Source of the DNA: Eledone cirrhosa
Taxonomy: Eukaryota
DNA length: 64,000 nt
Assembly (NCBI GenBank): GCA_964016885.1
Contig: OZ024742.1
Coordinates: forward strand, 186,248,001 to 186,312,000
Direction: 5' to 3'
In this document: one piece after another, positions 1-7,438 of the stretch
Layout of the letters: each line of letters begins with the position of its first letter
Position numbering within the stretch: the stretch's first letter is position 1
Notes under the pieces: model-generated
Told to the model about the DNA's origin: nothing
The model's database searches: none
The model's input: only the letters and a program-made list of their open reading frames with translations
Position numbers and translations under genes: made by a program

Positions 1-210
1 CCCCTTTGGGAGTCTTGGGATATGCATTCTTTGTGCATCCATCCCACACCTCCAAGGACAGGTCACAGGCTGATCGCCAGTTTCTACGGCATGAAATAGA
101 GACTGCAATGTAAAAGTGTTTATAGCTAAAAAAAAACCAAAACAAATGTCATTATAATTTTATGTAAGGTTCTTTGTTAAGTTATATTCCACACACACAC
201 CAGCTAGTAA

Positions 211-410
211 AGATTTCTACTTTAGGCACAAGGCCAGTAATTCTTTGGACAGGGCAAGTCGATTAAATCAACCCCAGTGCGTTACTGGAACTTTATTTTA
301 TTGACTCTGTTAAGGATGAAAGGCAAAGCTAACCTTGGTGGGATTTGAACTCAAGATCTAAAGGGCCATACCAGCTAATAATGAGAAAGTTAGTTATATT
401 ATTAAACGCT
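211..410 (-). mobile_element. tRNA-derived SINE, family A, copy 1
   Basis: B-box-like GAGTTCAAATCC on the minus strand (341-352). The core AAGGATGAAAGGCAAAG(C/T)TAACCT and CCCAGTG motifs recur at 3583-3775 and 5523-5692. The core resembles, from memory, the Meta/Sauria-SINE central domain; this was not checked against a database. Confidence 0.75.
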
Positions 411-487
411 TCCAAATCCTTGATTATTTTAAAAAAAAATGTCTTCATTAGAAATATGGTAAAGTAAGAGTTAATTATATCATCACC

Positions 488-491
<4 letters not shown>

Positions 492-553
<62 letters not shown>
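492..553. repeat. Compound (TC)n(TA)n microsatellite
   Basis: Directly visible. Confidence 0.95.
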
Positions 554-557
<4 letters not shown>

Positions 558-711
558 AAAAATTGAACGGGAACAAAACAGAGAGGCAGTACGAACAAAG
601 GTTTATTAGTTTCACGCTCTTGAGAGTGGGGTAGTATATATATATATTCTTTTCATTTGCACATTGATAATAAATGCGATGGTGTGAGGTGTTAGAAAAC
701 ATAAAAATAAA

Positions 712-748
<37 letters not shown>

Positions 749-889
749 ATGAAAAGGATGCAAATCTATCATTCAAACTGTGTTGATTGATCACTGGCTT
801 TCAAATGGAAATCAGAGAATGGTGGAGTGGGGTGGGGTGGGGGTGCAAATTATCATTAATTCAAGTATCTCTTTCCCCCTTCTCCCCTC

Positions 890-929
890 TCGCTCTCTCT
901 CTATATGTATATATGTATATATATATATG

Positions 930-987
<58 letters not shown>

Positions 988-1480
988 ACTTACTGGTAAT
1001 AGGATAGTAATTAATGACTATCTCTCACTATTTAGGGTTTGTGTATATATAATATATTACCATCAAAGGTTTTATTGCATACATAACCATAAATAGTACC
1101 CTTAATACTATATATATATATATATATATATATGTACATATACACTATCTCTATTTTTCTCACTGTATACACATTTTGTACACCCTCTCTTTTTCTCACG
1201 CACACACATGTATTTACATATACACACATAAATAATGTACATATATTTATACATGTATATGCATATAAGCCATGTCTAGGAGATTAATGACCATATTTTA
1301 TACATATTCATACCAATATGTTCTGCCATCAATACATACATATAAATATACACACTCACATACACATGTGCATATATAAACACATACATATACACAAACA
1401 CATACATGTGCATATATAAATACACACACACACTCACACATACATAAATATACACAGGCACACTCACACATAAACACATG
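890..1480. repeat. Low-complexity TA/CA/GA microsatellite region
   Basis: Interrupted (TA)n, (GA)n and (CA/TA)n runs. They explain the YIYI/ERER ORFs. Confidence 0.85.
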
Positions 1481-1611
1481 CAATGTAAGGTAATTCAAGA
1501 GATTTTTCCTAATTATTATATCCCTTTTTCATTAAAAAAATGTAATATAATGACATACTGTTAATTTGATACAATGAGCAGTCGTAAATATATATATATA
1601 TATGTATGTAT

Positions 1612-1644
<33 letters not shown>

Positions 1645-2010
1645 GTAATGTATTTTTTGACAGAGAAACAAAGAAAATATTTCTCATAGGATATTATATA
1701 ACATAAATTACATATTTTCTGTTTCAGTTTTTTTTTTTCAGTTTTTATCATGTATAAAATTTATAAAAATTAAATCAGACTGTTGGTTTTAAGTATTAAA
1801 ATTTACATATTGAATCTCAATATTTTTACAATATGTCATTAAAGTAATGTTTTATAATTACAACCATATATTATATAACGATGAACATTTTTTTTTTGTA
1901 AGTTGGTTGTTATGGATATTGATGTAATGGAGGAAAATGTAAATTAAAAATCTCTATATGGAGGCCCTTGAAAAAATGGTAATAGCCCCTGCTCAAATGG
2001 AAAATTTAGA

Positions 2011-2327
2011 CCCCCTAAATCTGGTATTAGGCCCAGATCAAATGTGAACTGTAGAAGGCCCCCTAAAGCTGGTATTAGGCTCAGGAAAGATGTGAAAAGT
2101 AGGCCTCAGAAACTAGTGAGCCCAGACTAAATGTGAAATATAGGCCTCCGAAGTAGACATTAACCCAGTCCAGGGGTGAAATGTAAGCCCCCACTTCTCA
2201 TCTCAAAGCCAGTTTTAAGCCCAGGCCAGATGTGAAATGTAGGTCCCCAAAACTAGCATTGGCCCAGGCCAGATGTGAAGTGTAGGTCCCCAAAGCTAGT
2301 ATTGGTTCAGTCAAGATGTGAAATGTA
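2011..2327. repeat. Degenerate minisatellite, about 43-bp unit, about 7 copies
   Basis: ATGTGAA-like core recurs near 2043, 2090, 2131, 2174, 2230, 2273 and 2316. The best-preserved units (CCAGGCCAGATGTGAARTGTAGGTCCCCAAARCTAG) start at 2221 and 2264. Confidence 0.8.
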
Positions 2328-2689
2328 TTTTAGTAATCAGTACTAAATACATATGATTTATATAAGGGTTACAAATATCTGGCCACATATAGAATATGTG
2401 ACTTGTTACTGCTTCGTTAAATAATGTACAGAAAAAGCAGAGTTGCCTCCCTTATATCTGGAAATCTAATTCAAATAGAATTGAAGACAGTCTAGTTGTG
2501 AAAGTGTTAACATCAATGTAACCTGTACACTTTCTTTAGTTATAATAATCCAAGAGAAGTTAATGGATATTTGATATTTAAATATAAGTTAAACAAATGG
2601 TTACCACAAAATATTGAATTATAGGTTTTATGTAAATCTACTTGCTTCAGTAAATTTTATAACAGACACAATTATATTAGGGAATGGTT

Positions 2690-2795
2690 TGTATCCCACT
2701 GTGTGACACTTTGGGTAAATATCCTCGACTATAGGCACTGGTTGACTAATGCTTTGTGAGTGAATCTGGTAGACAGAAACTGTAAGAAAGCCTAT
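2690..2795 (+). mobile_element. SINE fragment, family B, 3' half ending in a TA run
   Basis: GACACTTTGGGTAAAT...GCTTTGTGAGTGAATCTGGTAGACAGAAACTGTAAGAAAGCC then TATATA. The first part overlaps the SINE-head sequence type at 7325/11300. Family recognised from recall only. Confidence 0.55.
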
Positions 2796-2807
2796 ATATA
2801 TAAATAT

Positions 2808-3037
2808 ATGAATGATGATCGATGGGGAAAGACGTGCCAGGAAATGTCAGTGGAAGGAATCCGCAGTAGAGGTAGACCAAGAAAGACCTGGGCAGAGGTG
2901 GTGAGAGCTGACCTGAAATCGATGATACTTATAGAGGAAAAGACAAAGGACTGCAGCAAGTGGAGAGATGCTGAGCTGAGAAGGACACGTCCAACCCATG
3001 CAAGCATGGAAAAACGGACTTAAAAAACGATGATGAT
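2808..3037 (+). mobile_element. RTE LINE 3'-end fragment with GAT tail
   Basis: Peptide EGIRSRGRPRKTWAEVVRADL aligns with the C-terminus of the 7582-9963 ORF (DGSHRIGRPRKTWDELINSDI). It ends in CCAACCCATGCAAGCATGGAAAAACGGAC...GATGATGAT, like the tail at 10301-10362. Confidence 0.85.
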
Positions 3038-3113
3038 ATATATATATGTGTGTGTGTGTTGGTGCCACAACAAAATACACTAAGTTCATCCTGTAAACAT
3101 TAAACAGAGGTGA

Positions 3114-3161
<48 letters not shown>

Positions 3162-3582
3162 CCCAACAATTTAAATATAACTTTCCATATATATATATAT
3201 ATATATACAACACCCTTGTTAGCAGGAAAAATGTATGTTAAATGATGATGATGATGATAGAGCTTTCCCTGTAGTTGACTTGTACATAAAATATGTAATT
3301 ATATATTTCTGACAAGGGGCCAATTATATTTTGTCCACACGTCAAAAGTAGAGAGGGTTAATGCCACTTGATTTTAAAATAAAGCTGCTTGCAACATATC
3401 TGGTGTGTGTGTGTGTTAGAGAGAGAGAGTATGGAAACTTACACTCCAATAACAATAACATATCTGGTATGTGTGTGAGAGAGAGAGAGGAGGAGGAGAG
3501 TGAGATAGAGGGAGAGATGAGAAGACTTATAAACCCACAGCAGCAATAATAGCAACAACAAAAGAACCATAGAAAACAATAT

Positions 3583-3775
3583 TGGTTTCTGATTTAGGGG
3601 AAAGTCGATTAAATCGACCCCAGTGCATGACTGATATTTTATTTTATCGACCCCCATAAGGATGAAAGGCAAAGTTAACCTCAGTGGGATTGGAACTCAG
3701 AACGCAAAGGGGCGTAACTCTTTGCCACGAAGGAGGGTGTTCGACGCTCTACTGATTCTGCCAATCTGCCGCCCT
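3583..3775 (-). mobile_element. tRNA-derived SINE, family A, copy 2
   Basis: AAGTCGATTAAATCGACCCCAGTG...TTTTATCGACCCCCATAAGGATGAAAGGCAAAGTTAACCTCAGTGGGATTGGAACTC, homologous to 211-410. Confidence 0.75.
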
Positions 3776-4246
3776 ATCTTTTAAAACAATAATAAGAACA
3801 AAGAACAATTAAGTATTTACATTTAGTGAAAGGAAAGTGATATTTTCTTACATGTATTGTAAGAAGTAAAGTTGTGTCACTAGGTTAATTCTATGTATTT
3901 TAATGTTGTTGTTGTTGTTGTTGTTGCATGTGTACAGAAATACATATGTGCAGAACAGATATACATAGGCCTTTATGTACAATATACATATATATATTTG
4001 AATTATATATATATACATATATACATATTCACATAATATATACAATATACACATATATATATATATATATATTGTATGTCTGTATATTTGTAAATCATCT
4101 CTATTACTCTCAATGTTTCTTTTTTTTGAAGCAGTATTCTTTGGCTGATGCCCTTCATATATATATATATAACGGAAGAAATGTGGTAATGAACCAGGTG
4201 GACCATAACGCACCAAAGTACTCAATACTTAGGGTAGTAGAGTGGG

Positions 4247-4388
4247 TAATAGGAACGAGTAGGACCCCGACGGCTGAGCTCAAGCCTTTTCGACGGCTAA
4301 TTCTGGACTTTTTTTTTTTTTTTTTCATTTAGTCCAGAATTAGCCGTCGAAACGGCTTGAGCTCAGCCGTCGGGGTCCTACTCGTTCC

Positions 4389-4393
<5 letters not shown>
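4247..4393. repeat. Inverted repeat, 63-bp arms, 21-nt T-rich spacer
   Basis: Arms 4247-4309 and 4331-4393 are reverse complements with one mismatch. Confidence 0.95.
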
Positions 4394-4467
<74 letters not shown>

Positions 4468-4501
4468 TATAAGAACAAAAGATGGTTAAAAGAGTTCCAT
4501 G

Positions 4502-4572
4502 TATTTTATTATGCGCATTTCAAAAACAAATATCATCATGCAATAATATTTGTGTTTTCATCAGATAAAACA
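4502..4572 (-). ncRNA. Mirror copy of the type I hammerhead motif
   Basis: Exact reverse complement of 4691-4761 in the left palindrome arm. The single arm mismatch lies outside the motif. Confidence 0.8.
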
Positions 4573-4690
4573 GGAAGACATGATATGAAGATTAAAAAAC
4601 ACTTGTGGATAGTGCAGTTTTAAATCAACATATATTGATTTAAAACTGCACTATCCACAAGTGTTTTTTAATCTTCATATCATGTCTTCC

Positions 4691-4761
4691 TGTTTTATCT
4701 GATGAAAACACAAATATTATTGCATGATGATATTTGTTTTTGAAATGCGCATAATAAAATA
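4691..4761 (+). ncRNA. Type I hammerhead ribozyme motif with palindromic stem III
   Basis: Stem I 5' TGTTTTAT (4691-4698); CTGATGA (4699-4705); 16-position stem II (4706-4721/4726-4741, one mismatch, loop GCAT); GAAA (4742-4745); palindrome ATGCGCAT (4745-4752); cleavage triplet AUA ending at 4753; stem I 3' ATAAAATA (4754-4761). Confidence 0.8.
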
Positions 4762-5227
4762 CATTGAACTCTTTTAACCATCTTTTGTTCTTATATATTA
4801 TATATACTCCAGTCCTACAAACTGTAGAGTGCTTCTTATCCGATATCTGCATTGCTTTATTGTACTATAATAAAACTCACCTCCTACATATATATATATA
4901 TATAGAGAGAGAGAGATGTATATGCATATGTATCCATTCATTACATGTGCATAAGTATGTATGAATGTATATACACGCACACACACACACACACATGCAT
5001 ACATACAACTTTACACACACAAATATATATATACTTTACACACACATGTATTTCTAGAGAATGTATGCAAGGTTTTTATTTCATCTTCCATTAAATTTAG
5101 AGTAATTCCCGCTCTCTCTCTCTCTCGTTCCTACTCTCACTCCCCTCTGACACATAGTCTCTTTATCTTCATGTAAGAGTATTTTTGTTTGGTGCAGCAA
5201 TATTTATCTTTCTCTCACTCCCTTATC

Positions 5228-5412
5228 ATTTATCTATCTATCTAGCTACATTTCTAGATATCTATCTATCTATCTATCTATCCACCTATCTATCTATCTA
5301 ATCTATCTATCTAGCTATATATCTATCCATCTATCTATCTAGCTAGCTATATATCAATCTATCTAGCTGCATATCTATTTACTTATCTATCGATCTCTCT
5401 CTATATATATAT
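5228..5412. repeat. Degenerate (TATC)n/(GATA)n tetranucleotide repeat
   Basis: Directly visible. Confidence 0.9.
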
Positions 5413-5484
5413 ATTGTTATCTAATTCTATAAATTGTGCTATTTTTCTTTTTTCTTCTCTTTCTCTGCACTGTATATGTATATA

Positions 5485-5522
<38 letters not shown>

Positions 5523-5523
<1 letters not shown>

Positions 5524-5692
5524 GTTTCTACTTTTGGCACAAGGCCAGCAATTATCCCAGTGCATTGCTGGTGCTTTATTTTATCAATCCCGTAAGGATG
5601 AAAGGCAAAGTTAACCTCAGTGGATTTCAACTCAGAACATAAAGGGCCATAACTCAATGCTGCAAAGCATGGTGTCTGATGCTCTACTGATA
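5523..5692 (-). mobile_element. tRNA-derived SINE, family A, copy 3 (internally deleted), with (TAA)n/(TA)n tail to the left
   Basis: TTTCTACTTTTGGCACAAGGCCAG matches 214-237, and the core TAAGGATGAAAGGCAAAGTTAACCTCAGTGG is present. Confidence 0.75.
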
Positions 5693-5921
5693 AAATGCTT
5701 GGTTAGGGTTCAGAAAAAAATCTGGTTGGGGAGGCCATACCAAAACAAAATGTATGAATTAGATGTGGTTCCCTGGCTGGTTTAGTCTCAGAGCATGACA
5801 GCCCATCTAGCTGAGACAGGCAAGAGAACTGGATGTTTAACCATGATTAGGATGTACTTCACCACCTTCCACACTCATGATACACCTTTCTTGTCCAACC
5901 CAGTCCACTCTGTATGGTGAT

Positions 5922-6243
5922 AGTGTCGGTGCCATGACAAAAAAGCACCCAGTCTACCTTGCAATGTGGTCATACATGGTGCCATGAGGAAAAGCACACT
6001 CTCTACCTTGTAAGGTGGTTGAACTGGTGCCACAAAGAAAAGTACCCAGCCAATCCTGGAAAGTGCTAATAGTGATGCCTTGATAAAGCTCCTAGTAAAT
6101 GCTGTAATGTGGTTGACATTAGGAAAGGCAACTCAAACTACATTTATATGAGCAAGATGTGGTTATCATACCTGGCTAGTCTCGTAACGTGACAACTCGT
6201 CTAACCCATGCAAGCATAGAAAATAGATGTATGATGATGATGA
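5922..6243 (+). mobile_element. RTE-tailed SINE or RTE 3'UTR fragment with about 4 tandem modules of about 47 bp
   Basis: Repeated GGTGCCA..AAAAGCACCCAG..CCTTG.AA.GTGGT modules, then GTGGTTGACATTAGGAAAGGCA and the tail CTAACCCATGCAAGCATAGAAAATAGATGTATGATGATGATG. Homologous to 10076-10362. Confidence 0.7.
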
Positions 6244-6249
6244 CAGATG

Positions 6250-6611
6250 GTGACTTGAAGGTGGAATGGGGGGCAGCAAACAACTATAGCATGTAGTTAA
6301 AAGAGAAGCTAGACAAGAGATCTACATGGCACAAGAAAAACTGGAAACAACAGGAAATTTGACAATATCCTGTGACTTGAAGATCAGAGGCATGTGGTGT
6401 CAGTAAGAATCAAGATGTTGAGGAAAGTCCACATTGATGACCAGATGTTGTTATGAGAAGTTGATAATGTGGAGAATGAATGGAAGGAAGAGGGACTACC
6501 CCAACTACCCCTAATTGATTCAACAGAGAGGTTGGCTAGTTAATAGTTATAAGGTTGAAGAAGCAATTAGGGAGATGAAAAATGGTGAAGCTGCTGAAAC
6601 ATTGTAGATAG
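6250..6611 (+). pseudogene. Old degenerate RTE ORF fragment, left part
   Basis: Frame-disrupted peptides KREARQEIYMA, NVENEWKEEGLP and VEEAIREMKNGEAA match RREARRQVYLA, NEENNWEKGSLP and ISKAIKDMKTGKAA in the 7582 ORF. Confidence 0.75.
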
Positions 6612-7184
6612 AGATTCTTCCAGCATTACTTTGGCATATAAAGTGAAGACAATGCTTCACTAATGACATCATATCAAGACCAAGATAATCAAATTAATAT
6701 TAGTAATTGACTAATATCATTTATTCCCGCAATGTTTAAATATTTATACTAAACCTTTTAATCGTCATAGCATTAAGTATGTTAACACTAACTTAACAAT
6801 AAAACCTTGATTCAAGCTATTCCTACGTATAGAAATAGAGAGAAAGTGACGTTTGAACGAGTATCTTCCACCTCCTACTAACTTACCCTGCGCCTCTGGC
6901 TCCTGGCCGACAGAATAGTCGATACATTACCCTGGAGGACGGCAAGGGAAACGTGCTGGAACAGCCACTCCACATTGTGGGGCTGACACCTATGGGTGAC
7001 CAACTCTGCTCTGATAGCAGTGAATAGGATGTGGCCTGTGGGCCAAGAATGCTGCAAGTCTCCACAGGCTCTACCACAAACCTATCAGAGAGTGGTTGAT
7101 ACTTGGATTGGTTGTCCTCTTTGGCTTGGCAGGCAGCAGAGCCTGGGCTGATAGCCGAATGCACCTGGGTGCTACTAGTATAGG
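6612..7184 (-). mobile_element. 5'-truncated CRE-like (RLE-type) non-LTR retrotransposon 3' end
   Basis: Minus strand gives PGSAACQAKEDNQSKYQPLSDRFVVEPVETCSILGPQA, then after a frameshift EWLFQHVSLAVLQGNVSTIL. This matches the CRE-clade C-terminal pattern (K..KY..L...F.P..ET.G.LG; Q.LS.A..RGN). Flanked by TGTAGATAG at 6603-6611 and 7185-7193. Confidence 0.7.
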
Positions 7185-7318
7185 TGTAGATAGTTGCTGA
7201 GATATTAAAAGCATTTGGTGAAGAAGGAGTCAAGCTAGTCACTCAAGAATACATGATGTCATACCCAATGACTGAAATAGCAGTATAACAATTAATTGTT
7301 CAATCTAGAAAGGAGTAA
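7185..7318 (+). pseudogene. Old degenerate RTE ORF fragment, right part (continues 6250-6611)
   Basis: IVAEILKAFGEEGVKLVT...VIPND*NSSITINC matches IVAEMLKASGTVGHTMVT...VVPKDWHSSIIVNC in the intact ORF. Confidence 0.75.
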
Positions 7319-7324
7319 CTACAT

Positions 7325-7438
7325 AATGTGGATGCAGATATGATTGAATGGTTAAGAAGTCCACTTCATATCATTGAAGCTGCAAGTTCCATATCACTGC
7401 CTGGCATCATGGGAAAATGCTTTGACCATATTTAGAAC
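7325..7438 (+). mobile_element. Degenerate SINE 5' head; inverted copy at 11300-11413
   Basis: tRNA-like head with A-box-like GATTGAATGGTTAAG. The 114 bp align ungapped with the reverse complement of 11300-11413. Confidence 0.6.

Larger units (their letters stand above)
4466..4797. repeat. Near-perfect palindrome, 163-bp arms, 6-nt spacer; probable Penelope-like element remnant
   Basis: Arms 4466-4628 and 4635-4797 are reverse complements with one mismatch seen. The spacer is CATATA and both flanks are TA runs. Confidence 0.95.

Noticed and set aside
330-410. tRNA gene
   Set aside because: Only a B-box-like motif inside a repeated SINE head; no cloverleaf.
2760-3023. 87-aa ORF as a host gene
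   Set aside because: A chimera of a SINE end, a TA run and an RTE C-terminal fragment.
4141-4160. CTGATG as the missing hammerhead box for the 4247-4393 palindrome
   Set aside because: It reads CTGATGC, not CTGANGA, and lacks the flanking stem I and stem II complementarity.
329-5657. Short ORFs rich in YIYI, ERER, VCVC and NNNN
   Set aside because: Translations of microsatellites and SINE pieces.
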